Below, piece by piece: positions 41,025 through 50,638 of a stretch of DNA of 64,000 bases. Both the position numbers and the translations under genes were made by a program. The DNA comes from Nitrosopumilaceae archaeon. GTDB lineage: Archaea > Thermoproteota > Nitrososphaeria > Nitrososphaerales > Nitrosopumilaceae. The stretch covers positions 448,001 to 512,000 of the forward strand of contig CBDBCR010000001.1 in NCBI GenBank assembly GCA_965203465.1, in the 5' to 3' direction. The first letter of the stretch is position 1. Each line of letters begins with the position of its first letter. The notes under the pieces are model-generated. The model saw only the letters and a list, made by a program, of their open reading frames with translations, was not told the origin of the DNA and ran no database searches.

Positions 41025-41184
41025 TGGATTCGACGTCGTTGCCCTTTTTGATCTGCGATATCTCGTGGCGGGCTATCCTGTTGCGCAGCGCCTTTTTGAC
41101 GATGTCCAGCTCTTCGCGGAGCATGGCGAACTCGTCCTCGAGCTTTGCGACCCTCTCGTAGATGGTCTCGGATTCGCCTGACAC
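41014..41184 (-). CDS. Small coiled-coil protein (56 aa; not in ORF track)
   Basis: Manual translation: MSGESETIYERVAKLEDEFAMLREELDIVKKALRNRIARHEISQIKKGNDVESIID. Confidence 0.7.
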   Translation of the reverse strand: MSGESETIYERVAKLEDEFAMLREELDIVKKALRNRIARHEISQIKKGNDVESIID

Positions 41185-41219
41185 GGGCCGGTGGGCCCGG
41201 GTTTGCGTTAAAAAGGTAT

Positions 41220-41381
41220 CTACAGCTCGAACTCTTGCCTACACTTTTCGCACTTGCCGCGCTCCTCGCCGGGGTGGCCCAGCAGGAATATGCGGCCTAT
41301 GGTCTTGCACTCGGGGCACATGCCGGTGGTCGCGTTGCGCGGGCCCGACCTGATTATCTTCTGCGTCTTGCGGCGCGCCAT
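41220..41381 (-). CDS. Small zinc-ribbon protein, Elf1-like (53 aa; not in ORF track)
   Basis: Manual translation: MARRKTQKIIRSGPRNATTGMCPECKTIGRIFLLGHPGEERGKCEKCRQEFEL. Confidence 0.7.
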   Translation of the reverse strand: MARRKTQKIIRSGPRNATTGMCPECKTIGRIFLLGHPGEERGKCEKCRQEFEL

Positions 41382-41437
41382 GGGGCGGGGCGCGGCCGCG
41401 CCCTTTTAAGTCTAGTTTTCGGGCAGCCGCACGAGTG

Positions 41438-41525
41438 TGGCGCGGGGAGGGGGATTCGAACCCCCGCGTCCTTGCGAACATGGGATTAGCAATCCCACGC
41501 CCTGGCCAGGCTAGGCGATCCCCGC
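41438..41525 (-). tRNA. tRNA-Ser(GCT), CCA encoded
   Basis: Anticodon arm TGGGA-TTGCTAA-TCCCA; long variable arm. Confidence 0.94.
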
Positions 41526-41605
41526 ACGCGGCCGGACCGCCCGACCGCGCATTAAACTCATCGCGCGGCCCACGAGTTATATGTAAAGCCGGGGGGCCGG
41601 GCGCC

Positions 41606-42637
41606 GTGGCAGGCAGGGCCGCCGTCATACGCGGCGACGGGATAGGCCCCGAGATCGTCGATTCCATGCTGGGCATACTGCGGGGCTGCGGCTTAGAGTC
41701 CGAGATAATAGAGTGCGAGGCCGGCTCGGAGCAGTGGGAAAGATCCGGCTCGCGCGACCCGTCGTACATACCCGAGAGCACCATGTCCGAGCTGGAGTCC
41801 GCCGACGCGTGCTTCAAGGGGCCGACCACCACGATACCGCGGCCCGACGCCCCGCGCAGCGTGGCCGTCACGCTACGGCAAAAGTTCGACCTGTACGCCA
41901 ACATACGCCCCTGCAAGACCTACGAGAGGCTCACGCCGGGCAGGCGGCTGGACTGCGCCTGCTTCCGCGAGGCCACCGAGGGCCTGTACACGGGCGTCGA
42001 ATCACAGGTGACCGAGGACGCGGCCATCGCCATACGCAAGATCACGCGGCACGGCTCGCGCCGCATCTGCGAGGCCGCCGCGAGCTGGGCGGGCGAGCGC
42101 GGCATGAAAAAGATGGTCGCCATAACAAAGAGGAACATACTCAAAAAGACCGACGGGATATTCTGGGAGGAGGCGCGGCGCTCGGCCTCGTCTGCCGGCC
42201 TGGACGTATCCGAGATATACATCGACAACATGGCCCAGCAGATGGTGCTGGCCCCCGAGCAGTTCGACGGCTCGGTGCTGGTAAGCACCAACCTCTTCAT
42301 GGACATCATATCCGAGCTCGCATCGGCGCTGGTCGGCTCCATCGGCCTGATATACTCGGCCAACATGGGCGACAAATTCGCCATGTTCGAGGCAGCGCAC
42401 GGCAGCGCCCCGCAGCTGGCAGGCAAGGGGGCGGCCAACCCGACCGCGGCCATACTCTCCGGCGCGTGGATGGCCGGCCACCTCGGCGAGCGGCACGTGC
42501 GCGACGCGGTCTTTGCCGCGACCGCCGAGACCATCAACGGGGGCAGGTACGTGACGGCCGACATCGGCGGCTCGGCCTCTACGCAGCAGATGTCCGGCGC
42601 TATACTCGAGGCCGCAAAGGCGCGCCTGCGCCGCTAG
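41606..42637 (+). CDS. Isocitrate/isopropylmalate dehydrogenase family
   Basis: GDGIGPEI, LRQKFDLYANIRP, NLFMDIISE, FEAAHGSAP. Confidence 0.92.
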   Translation: MAGRAAVIRGDGIGPEIVDSMLGILRGCGLESEIIECEAGSEQWERSGSRDPSYIPESTMSELESADACFKGPTTTIPRPDAPRSVAVTLRQKFDLYANIRPCKTYERLTPGRRLDCACFREATEGLYTGVESQVTEDAAIAIRKITRHGSRRICEAAASWAGERGMKKMVAITKRNILKKTDGIFWEEARRSASSAGLDVSEIYIDNMAQQMVLAPEQFDGSVLVSTNLFMDIISELASALVGSIGLIYSANMGDKFAMFEAAHGSAPQLAGKGAANPTAAILSGAWMAGHLGERHVRDAVFAATAETINGGRYVTADIGGSASTQQMSGAILEAAKARLRR

Positions 42638-43170
42638 CCCGAGACGGCCCTGACCACCACGAGCTCCTCGAAAAAGAGCCTCTTGCGGCGCTCAACCGAG
42701 GCGTCCATGCCCAGCTCGGAGCAGAGCCGCACGAGGCTGCCGTAGTCGGACAGCGACGAGCTGACAAAGAGCAGCCTGCCGCCGGGGCGCAGCAGCGGCG
42801 CGGCGGTGCGGATCATGGCCGCGGGCACCGGCACGCCGCCGGGCCCCCCGTCGGTGGCCGGATCCAGCACCTGCTCGGTGGCAAGGTACGGCGGGTTGCA
42901 GACGGCAAGGTCGAACGGCCCGCGCAGCGCCGAGGCGCCGTGGCAGCACACGCGCATCCGGGCGGGGTACGTCTGATGCTTTAGCACCCCAAGGTCAACG
43001 TCGGTGGCCACGACCGTCTCGAAGCGCTCCTGCAGGATACCGGCCAGGTACCCCGAGCCGGTCCCCATGTCGAGGGCCGCGCGGCCCGACTCCGATCCGG
43101 CGGCGTCTGCCAGCAGAAACGTGTCCTCCGCCGGAACATACTCACGCGATGCCTTTCGCGATCCCGACAA
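42634..43170 (-). CDS. HemK2/PrmC-like methyltransferase (start uncertain)
   Basis: Y.PAEDTFLL, LDMGTGSG, NPPY. Confidence 0.9.
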   Translation of the reverse strand: MSGSRKASREYVPAEDTFLLADAAGSESGRAALDMGTGSGYLAGILQERFETVVATDVDLGVLKHQTYPARMRVCCHGASALRGPFDLAVCNPPYLATEQVLDPATDGGPGGVPVPAAMIRTAAPLLRPGGRLLFVSSSLSDYGSLVRLCSELGMDASVERRKRLFFEELVVVRAVSG

Positions 43171-43828
43171 TCTCGTCCGCCCCCATCTGCTCCAGCCTCC
43201 GATCCGAATCCGACGAGGCGCCAAACTCTGCCAGCACGTTGGACAGCTTTTTGCGCCTGTACGAAAACATGCGGTTGACCGCCTTTACGGTGGGCGCGTC
43301 CAGCGTCCTTTTCTGCTCCATCCTGAGCACCACCGATTCGACGGCCGGCGGCGGCGCAAAGTCGGCCCTTGCGGCCCGGCAGACCGCGCTCATGTCGAAG
43401 CAGTGGGAGGCCAGCACGGCCGCGGCCCGGCTCGCGCGGGCCAGCTTTTCGTGGAACTCCCTCTGCACCATGATCACCGCGCGCGACATGGGCCGCTGGC
43501 AGAGCCACTCGACGGCCCTCCTGCTCTGCGAGTACGGCAGGCTCGAGACGAAGACGTCGAACGGCCCGGCGTACCCGAACCCGTCGCCGCAGACCAGCTC
43601 CAGGTTGTCGGCGGCAAGGGCCGCGCGCGCCTCCTCGTAGATCCTCCTGTCGGCCTCGACGGAGACCACCCTCCCGGCCCTCTCGCACAGGGCCCGCGTG
43701 AGCGCGCCCCTGCCGGTGCCCACCTCCAGGACCGTGTGCCTTTTGGATATGCGGGCCGACTCCACCATCCTCGAGGCCACCGCGCGCGAGGCCAGGAAGT
43801 GCTGGCCCATGCGCCTCCTCTTGTTCAT
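43142..43828 (-). CDS. ksgA: 16S rRNA dimethyladenosine transferase
   Basis: GQHFL, LEVGTGRG.LT, SLPYS, F.PPP.VES. Confidence 0.93.
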   Translation of the reverse strand: MNKRRRMGQHFLASRAVASRMVESARISKRHTVLEVGTGRGALTRALCERAGRVVSVEADRRIYEEARAALAADNLELVCGDGFGYAGPFDVFVSSLPYSQSRRAVEWLCQRPMSRAVIMVQREFHEKLARASRAAAVLASHCFDMSAVCRAARADFAPPPAVESVVLRMEQKRTLDAPTVKAVNRMFSYRRKKLSNVLAEFGASSDSDRRLEQMGADEIVGIAKGIA

Positions 43829-44394
43829 GGCTTCGCGAAGAGGCGCGTGCGCGCCTCGCCGGTGATCTCGTCGAGCACCATCTGCGCTATCCGGCCGGCT
43901 GCCCCCTCCACGCCGCCCCTCTCCTCGATGTCGCGGTAGCTGGAAAACTTTCTCTCCCGGCGCTCCTCGACCATGTCCATCGCCTGGGACTTGCCGACGC
44001 CGGGCATCATCTCGAGGGCGTGGACGTGCTGCGTGAGCGGGCCGGCCGCGTTGACGTACTCTACGAACCGCCCCTCCTGGTACCCGACTATCTTTTCGAC
44101 CGCGCCGTGCAGCTGCGCCTGCGCGTCAGGCGAGGCCTGCTCGTAGGGGATCCTGCCGAGCACGGCCTCGACGCCGGCGCGCCCCTCTTTTCCGATGCAG
44201 ACGCGCTCGCCGACCTTGGGCGGGGGGCCCTCGGCGGCCATGATCTCGAGCAGGCTGAACCTGCCGTCGCCCAGCGCCGTGACCATGGTGCCCTCGCGGC
44301 CGCGCACCGTCGCGGATCTTGCGCGCATGCGCACGTCGAGGACGAGCGCGTGCTCTTCGTACCTGGACTGCCCGCCGGCCCCGCGCATGAGCAT
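43825..44394 (-). CDS. DUF655 RNA-binding protein
   Basis: YEEHALVLD...FSLLE...HALEMMPGVGK; conserved position between rpoF and ksgA. Confidence 0.9.
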   Translation of the reverse strand: MLMRGAGGQSRYEEHALVLDVRMRARSATVRGREGTMVTALGDGRFSLLEIMAAEGPPPKVGERVCIGKEGRAGVEAVLGRIPYEQASPDAQAQLHGAVEKIVGYQEGRFVEYVNAAGPLTQHVHALEMMPGVGKSQAMDMVEERRERKFSSYRDIEERGGVEGAAGRIAQMVLDEITGEARTRLFAKP

Positions 44395-44403
44395 CCCGCC
44401 CGG

Positions 44404-44730
44404 CTAGGAGCTCCCCTTTATGATGGCGAGCATGCGGTCGAGCGTCTCTGCCAGCACGAGCTTTTTCCAGCCGAACGTGAACGAGCGCAGCTCCGCCAGC
44501 GTGGTCGGGCGTATGTTGATTATCTCGACGGCCTCCTCCTCGGTCAGGCCGCACTCTTTTACCAGGTCGTGGCGCATCTTTTTGGCCTCGTCGGCTTCGA
44601 GGGTGGAAAATTTCGAGACGTAGTCGAAAGTCCAGCGCTGTATCTGGTCCATCTCCTCGGGATCGTTGGAGCCGAGTATCTCCTTGACCTCGGCGGCCGA
44701 GACCGGCTTTTTCTTCTTGATCTCCTCCAA
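44404..44730 (-). CDS. rpoF: RNA polymerase subunit Rpo4 (F)
   Basis: EVKEIL...YVSKFS...EIINIRP..ELRS. Confidence 0.92.
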   Translation of the reverse strand: MEEIKKKKPVSAAEVKEILGSNDPEEMDQIQRWTFDYVSKFSTLEADEAKKMRHDLVKECGLTEEEAVEIINIRPTTLAELRSFTFGWKKLVLAETLDRMLAIIKGSS

Positions 44731-45033
44731 CTACTGCACCCCGAACGGCTTTATGTGATCGTACCGCGTTATGAGTTTCTTGGTCTTGTTGCCCAGTTTC
44801 ACGTCCAGCTCGACGGCCCTCCTGCCGGCCTCGGTTATGGTGCCCACCTTGCCGTGGTACCTCCTGTGGGGCAGGCCCTTGTGCTGCCGGGGGTCTATTA
44901 TCACCAGCGCCTGCTGGCCCGCCTCGTAGCGGCGCAGCAGGAACGAGACCCCCCTGGGGCGCTTTTTGGTCATCACCGAGCGCGACTTGTGCCTGAAGCC
45001 GTGCGAGCGCCCCGAGGTCTTTTTGGTCGCCAC
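44731..45033 (-). CDS. rpl21e: 50S ribosomal protein L21e
   Basis: SHGFRHKSR, KGLPHRRYHGKVG. Confidence 0.96.
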   Translation of the reverse strand: MATKKTSGRSHGFRHKSRSVMTKKRPRGVSFLLRRYEAGQQALVIIDPRQHKGLPHRRYHGKVGTITEAGRRAVELDVKLGNKTKKLITRYDHIKPFGVQ

Positions 45034-45256
45034 GCGCCGGCACTCCGGGGCCCTCTTTTAACGCTTGCCCGGCGCTATCGGACTGCCGTATATACCGCGT
45101 ATGTGCCGGGGTGGGCGGCCCGAGCGCGCCGAGCGGACCTTTTTGGACAGGTACGGCCCGACCGACCGGCCCGAATAGGCCCTGCCCCGGAGCGGCCGGA
45201 CCGAGGGCGCCCGCGGCGGCGGGCTCTCCGCGCGAGCCAAAAAATGAAAAAAGGGC

Positions 45257-46378
45257 CTACTGGCCGGTCTCTGCGTCTTCCGCCTTGCCCGCCTTTTCGG
45301 TAGCCTTGGCTTCCTTGGCAGCCTTGTCGGCGGCTTTTTCCGCCTCTTTGGCGGCCTTGTCGGCTTCCTTGGCGGCCTTTTCTGCCTCGCGGTCTATCTG
45401 CTTCAGATAGTCCTCGTTGTCGTGCACGCCGGCCTCGCCCAGCTCGAACGTGGCGTCGGTCTGCGCGTGGTGGGGGCTGTCGACCATCCTGGCCACGCGC
45501 TTGTTCTTGCTGCCCTTGCGGATGTAGATCCTGTAGGTGCTGGCGTGGCCCAGGACGTTGCCGCCTATGGGCCTGGTGGGATCGCCGAAGAACGCGTCGG
45601 GGCTCGAGGAGACCTGGTTGGTCGCTATCGCGGCGCAGTTGTACGTCTCGGCTATGCGGCCGAGCAGGCGCACGTAGCGCGCGATCTTTTGCTGCCTCGC
45701 GGCGAGCGTGCCGCGGCCGAGGTACTCGACCCTGAACAGGCCCGTCGCCGAGTCGGATATGATCAGCTTTACGTTCTCCTCCTTGATCACCTTGCCGGCG
45801 GCCTCGAGGATCAGTATCTGGTGCGAGCTGTTCTGCGCGCGCGCCACCACTATTCTCTCGAGCGCCTTTGCCGGGTCCATGCCGTTGGCCTTTGCTATCG
45901 AGACGATGCGCTCGGGCCTGAACGTGCCTTCGGTGTCTATGTACAGGACGTTGCCGTCTAGGCCGCCCTCGTCCTTCGGCTTTTGGACGCTCACGCACAG
46001 GGTGTGGCACAGCTGGGTCTTGCCGGACCCGAACTCGCCGTACAGCTCCGTTATGGCCTGCGTCTCGATGCCGCCCCCTAGGAGGTCGTCGAGGCCGCGG
46101 GTGGTGGTGCTGATCTTGCCTATGCTCTGGCGCCGCTCGTATATCTCCGAGGCCGTCGAGAACTCTTTGGCTATGGCCCCCGAGTCGGACAGCTGCCTGC
46201 GGGCGTTGGCGACTATCTTTTCGCACGTCTCCGAGGCCATGTTCGAGATCTCTTCGAGCTCGACGGGCCCCCTCACGACTATGTCCATGAGGGTGTTGAT
46301 TCCGGAGTCTTCCAGCTTTTTCTTCGTCACGGGGCCTACGCCCTCTAGGTCTGAGAGGCTAAAGTTTTCCAATTCCAT
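45257..46378 (-). CDS. radA: DNA recombinase RadA with Ala/Lys/Glu-rich C-terminal tail
   Basis: GEFGSGKTQ, YIDTEGTFRPER, TNQV, GGNVLGHAST. Confidence 0.97.
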   Translation of the reverse strand: MELENFSLSDLEGVGPVTKKKLEDSGINTLMDIVVRGPVELEEISNMASETCEKIVANARRQLSDSGAIAKEFSTASEIYERRQSIGKISTTTRGLDDLLGGGIETQAITELYGEFGSGKTQLCHTLCVSVQKPKDEGGLDGNVLYIDTEGTFRPERIVSIAKANGMDPAKALERIVVARAQNSSHQILILEAAGKVIKEENVKLIISDSATGLFRVEYLGRGTLAARQQKIARYVRLLGRIAETYNCAAIATNQVSSSPDAFFGDPTRPIGGNVLGHASTYRIYIRKGSKNKRVARMVDSPHHAQTDATFELGEAGVHDNEDYLKQIDREAEKAAKEADKAAKEAEKAADKAAKEAKATEKAGKAEDAETGQ

Positions 46379-46467
46379 TACCGTAGGGTACCGTACATGG
46401 TATTATAAACATTGCCCTCCGGCCCGCTCAAACGATTTTAAGAGGCCGCCGGGGGCCGCCGCCCGGA

Positions 46468-47118
46468 ATGGTGTCGGATTCGGACCTTGCGGCCATGATA
46501 AAGGAGGCCAAGGGCTCCTCGAAGGGGCGCAAGTTCACGCAGGCCCTCGAGCTGATAATGGTCTTCAAGGACATCGACGTCAAAAAGGGCTTCGCCATAA
46601 ACGAGACGGTCCAGCTGCCCAACTCGGGCTCGCCCGCCTCGGTCTGCGTGCTGGCCACCGGCGACATGGGGACAAAGGCAAAGGCCGCCTCGGCAGACCG
46701 CGTCGTCGATTCGGACGAGCTGGCGCGGCTCAGCTCCAACAAGCGGGAATCGCGCAAGCTGATAAACAAGTACGACTTTTTCCTGGCCGACACCAAGATG
46801 ATGCCGGCCGTCGGCAAGGCGCTCGGGCAGCTGCTCGGCCCGCGCGGCAAGATGCCCACGCCGGTCCCGTTCAACGCGCCCATCGAGTCGTTCTTGGAGC
46901 GGTTCCGCTCCTCGATAAAGGTGCGCGTGCGCGGCTCGCTGTCCCTCTCGTGCAAGATAGGGACCGAGGCCATGGAAGATTCGGAGCTTGCCGCCAACGC
47001 GGGCGCGGTGATAAACGCGGTGCGCTCGAAACTGCCCAACGGCGACAAGAACGTACGCCGCATAATGGTAAAGACCACGATGGGCGGCGCGGTGCGCCAA
47101 AAGGAGGCGGGCAAGTGA
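46468..47118 (+). CDS. rpl1: 50S ribosomal protein L1
   Basis: RKFTQ, LGPRGKMP, KTTMG. Confidence 0.96.
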   Translation: MVSDSDLAAMIKEAKGSSKGRKFTQALELIMVFKDIDVKKGFAINETVQLPNSGSPASVCVLATGDMGTKAKAASADRVVDSDELARLSSNKRESRKLINKYDFFLADTKMMPAVGKALGQLLGPRGKMPTPVPFNAPIESFLERFRSSIKVRVRGSLSLSCKIGTEAMEDSELAANAGAVINAVRSKLPNGDKNVRRIMVKTTMGGAVRQKEAGK

Positions 47119-47981
47119 TGCGCGAAAACAGGAGCGAATACCCGCCCAAAAAGGCGGCCATGCACGCGCAGCTTTTGGAGCTGCCCAGAAAGCGCCGCGT
47201 CATGGCCATAGTGAGGATGGAAAAGGTGCGCGCCTCGCAGATACTCCTGCTGCGCAAGCGCCTCGGCGAAGAGGTGGAGTTTTTCAGCATAAAGGACAAG
47301 ATCGCCAGAAAGGCGCTCTCGTCGGTCGAGGCGCCCGGCGTGGCCGACATGGCCGAAAAGCTAACGGGGCAGTGCATGCTGGTCTTTACGGAGATGTCGC
47401 CGTTCAAGCTCAACGTGCTCTTTTCCAAGAATTCCATAATGATGGCCGCGCGCGCCGGCGACACGGCCAGCATCGATGTGGTGGTGCCGGCAAAGAACAC
47501 CGGCATAGCCCCGGGCCCCATGCTGACCGAGTTCAAGGAGGCGGGCATACCCACAAAGATAGACCAGGGGACCATCTGGATAACAAAGGACACCGTGCCG
47601 GTCCGCAAGGGCGAGCAGATACCCGAAAAGCTGGCCCCGCTGCTCGGCAAGATGGACATAAAGCCCGTCGAGGTCGGCATCGCGCTGGATTCGGCCCTCG
47701 AGGGCGGGCGCCTGTACTCTGCGGCCGAGCTGCGCGTGGACGTAGAGGCGGTGCGCTCGGATCTGGGGCGGGCAGCTCAGGAGGCGCTCTCGCTCTCGGC
47801 AGAGGCCGGCTTCGCCGTGCCCGAGAACGCCGCGCAGCTGCTGCAAAAGGCGGCGGGGCAGGCGCGCTCGCTGTCCGTAGAATCGGGCTTTGCCACCGGC
47901 GAGACGCGCGAGCAGCTGCTCCAAAAGGCATCGGCGCAGGCCAAAGCGCTGGCCTCGGCGGCCGGGTATTCTGCCGCCTGA
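47118..47981 (+). CDS. rpl10: 50S ribosomal protein L10 (P0)
   Basis: ARAGD.A..DVVVPA.NTG..PGP, IPTKIDQG.I.I. Confidence 0.95.
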   Translation: MRENRSEYPPKKAAMHAQLLELPRKRRVMAIVRMEKVRASQILLLRKRLGEEVEFFSIKDKIARKALSSVEAPGVADMAEKLTGQCMLVFTEMSPFKLNVLFSKNSIMMAARAGDTASIDVVVPAKNTGIAPGPMLTEFKEAGIPTKIDQGTIWITKDTVPVRKGEQIPEKLAPLLGKMDIKPVEVGIALDSALEGGRLYSAAELRVDVEAVRSDLGRAAQEALSLSAEAGFAVPENAAQLLQKAAGQARSLSVESGFATGETREQLLQKASAQAKALASAAGYSAA

Positions 47982-48273
47982 CCGGGCGCGGATCGGGGAG
48001 GCGGGCTCGCCATGCAGGCGACTCGCGCGGCCCGGGAGCGCCTCGGCGTGACAGCTTTCGACGGCGGCCTGAACTTTACAACAGTGCGGTCTTGGAGGAT
48101 TTTTATCGGCGTGCCTTGCAACCGCGGCATCTGGGCTTGAATCCTCCATATGGCAGAAGCCTCCGCCCGGCACGCCGCGAGCCAAGACATCGGCGCGCAA
48201 GCCCACCAATTCGCGCGCATGGCGATGTGAGCCCACATCTACCGCCCACCCAGCAGAACCGCCCGGCACGCCG

Positions 48274-50116
48274 CTATGCGGACATCCGCCTCTGGTCGTC
48301 CATGCGCACCAGTTTCTTCTCAAAGTCCTCGTGTATTTTCCTGGCGCGCGCCATGAGGTCTTCGTACGTCCTTGCGTACCTTTTGTTCGCCTTGGCCTCG
48401 TCTATCATGGTCCTCACGGGGCCCTCCGGTATGCTGCCTGCGACCACGTATCCGGTGACATCGTAGTACGGGCTGTCCGGGTGGCTCCCCATCTTGCTTT
48501 TCACAAAGTCGACATAACTCAAAAGCTGGTTCATGTCCGCCGCGCTGACCCTGTGCTTTGGACGCTTTAGCTCCACCACATGCAGCGTGTTGCCTATCCC
48601 GATCGCCAAGAAGTCCATGCGCCTGTCCTTTTCCTCGAGTCCGCCTTCGGGATACTGCTCGGACAGTATCTTGGAGTAGCGCGCCTCGTGCCGGTAGTCC
48701 GTCCACGTCGGATCTAGGATCCACGGCGACTCTAAAAAGTACCTGTGCATCTCTGGCATTTCCCGGGCGTCCCGGTCGACGAGCTGCGCAAGCTTTTCGA
48801 TCGCCCCGAGCCTGCCCCTTACTATGCGGAGCATCTCCCTGGCCTCGATAAGGTTCCATGTCTTGAACACGTCCAGCATTCTAGCGGAGTCTGGCTCTTC
48901 TGGAAGGTCGGCGACCATCTCCTTGAACGCCTGCGCCTCGAACGATCCGCGTATGTACTGCATGATCTCGATCTTGCGCCCGTCGTCAAAGTCGTCGCCG
49001 TGCGCCAGTATCCCTATGATCTTGTCCGCTACTTTTTTTTCGGCCGGCACCAAGCCGTCCAGCCACTTGGCGATTGCGGGATCGCCCCTTATCGGCTTTT
49101 CGGCCCTGCTCTTTCTGTTCGCCAAGATCTGTTTGGAGATGTCCACGAGCTTGCACTTGCCCCATTCCTGCAGCGCTTCCCCCTTCTCGCTCTCCCATAT
49201 CAAGGCCTGCCGGTTTGTAGACACCAGATCCTCTTCCTCGTCGAAAAAATCGGCCGTGATCTCGCCCGTGATGCGCGAGTACGTGTACTTGTCGCCCTGC
49301 CTTACGCCGAATGTGGTGCTCTTCTGCACAAGCTTGCCGCGGGCCATGACAGTCAGCCCCACGTCATCTGCATCCAGCGCCGATTTCATGGCGTATATGG
49401 TGCCCGATACCGTCCAGCCTCGGTTAGGCACTACCCGTTCTGCGTCTATGCGCCAAACGTGCTCTACGTCGTCGTTTCGGAACTTGTCGCCCGGAGCTAT
49501 GTCGGTTCCGTTAACCGCGACCCTGAAACCGCCGTTGATCACGGAAAAATGCCTCGACAGGTCGCGCCTTATACCGTCCACGTTTATCGGCGTCCTCCTC
49601 TTCAGTCCGGTTAGGGTGATCCGGGTGCCTTTGCCGTCGTTCGTGTCGATGTCGTTGTCGACAACGCGCGGCTCGTAGCACATCTGCCCGGTGGCGTGCT
49701 CCAGCATATCGTCAATGTTCATCGCGATGGCGTTCTTTCTGCCGTCTTTTACCGTGCTGACTTCCACGTTTTTTGCTATGCCGAACACAGAAAGTTTGCC
49801 TATGCCCTTCCTACCCATCACTTTCCTGCCGCCCTTGGTGAGTCCGTCTCCCTCTTCGCGCCGCTTCCGTCCTATGCGGAGGTACTTGTTGGCCATGTCG
49901 TCGTACGACATGCCCTCTCCAGTCGCTTATGACTATGGCTGACTCTTCGGTTATGGGACCCTCCGGCAGCGTGATCTCCACCCTGTCAGCGTCGGCATCC
50001 CAGGCGTTTGCCACCATCTCGGATACGACTGGCGGAAGCTTGCCGTACAGCTTTATGCCCAAGTCTTCGATAACCGGAAGCTCGATCTTGATCACTAGCG
50101 GATCCCGCGCATTCAC
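48274..50116 (-). pseudogene. GHKL/MORC-type ATPase with C-terminal PD-(D/E)XK nuclease, frameshifted at about 49922
   Basis: LY...VSEMVANAWDADA; ISD|GEGMS; GRKGIGKLS; C-terminal RMDFL...VVELKRP...QL..Y. Confidence 0.85.
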
Positions 50117-50267
50117 GGCATGACTCCGGCGCGTGCTCTTATCTGTGTTTGCGCGCTAGGTCGTGCCGGATGCAGGATCATCTGGGGGCGCGGATCGGCA
50201 TCTTGCAACCGGCCTAGCCGGCGCCGAAATAATCCTGCCGTTGCCGAACAGCGCGTCGCCGTGCCGC

Positions 50268-50567
50268 CTATCCGAACAGCGAAGAGAGCCCTTCCATGGC
50301 GGCCTCTTCGCTCTTGCCCTCGTCCTTTTTCTCTTCCTTCTTTTCGGCCGGGGCCTCGGCCTCGCCTGCCGCCGGCGCCGCCGCCACGGCGACGGGGGCC
50401 GCCTTTACGGCCTCGTCGATGTTTACGTCCGCTAGGGCCGCCACGAGAGACTTTACCTGCGCGTCGTTGACCTCGGCGCCCGACGCCTTTACGACGGCGG
50501 TCAGGTTGTCCTCGTTTACGTCCTTTTTGAGCTTGTGCAGCATCAGGGCGGCATAGACGTATTCCAC
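50268..50567 (-). CDS. rpl12: 50S ribosomal protein L12 (P1)
   Basis: EYVYAALML...[13 protein letters not shown]. Confidence 0.96.
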   Translation of the reverse strand: MEYVYAALMLHKLKKDVNEDNLTAVVKASGAEVNDAQVKSLVAALADVNIDEAVKAAPVAVAAAPAAGEAEAPAEKKEEKKDEGKSEEAAMEGLSSLFG

Positions 50568-50638
50568 GCGGCGCCCCCCGTCGGTGATAATATAAACCAT
50601 GGATCGCGATATATACGGCCGGGTACGCGCGCGCGCCG

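Noticed and set aside
45257-45400. RadA C-terminal EA(D/E)KAAK repeats as a novelty
   Set aside because: A low-complexity charged tail with no evidence of a distinct function; no intein seen
50155-50218. Imperfect inverted repeat upstream of the GHKL gene
   Set aside because: No target duplication or second copy; could be a terminator or chance
47982-50267. Disruption of an rpl1-rpl10-rpl12 operon by the insert
   Set aside because: rpl12 is on the opposite strand, so the genes are convergent and not one operon here
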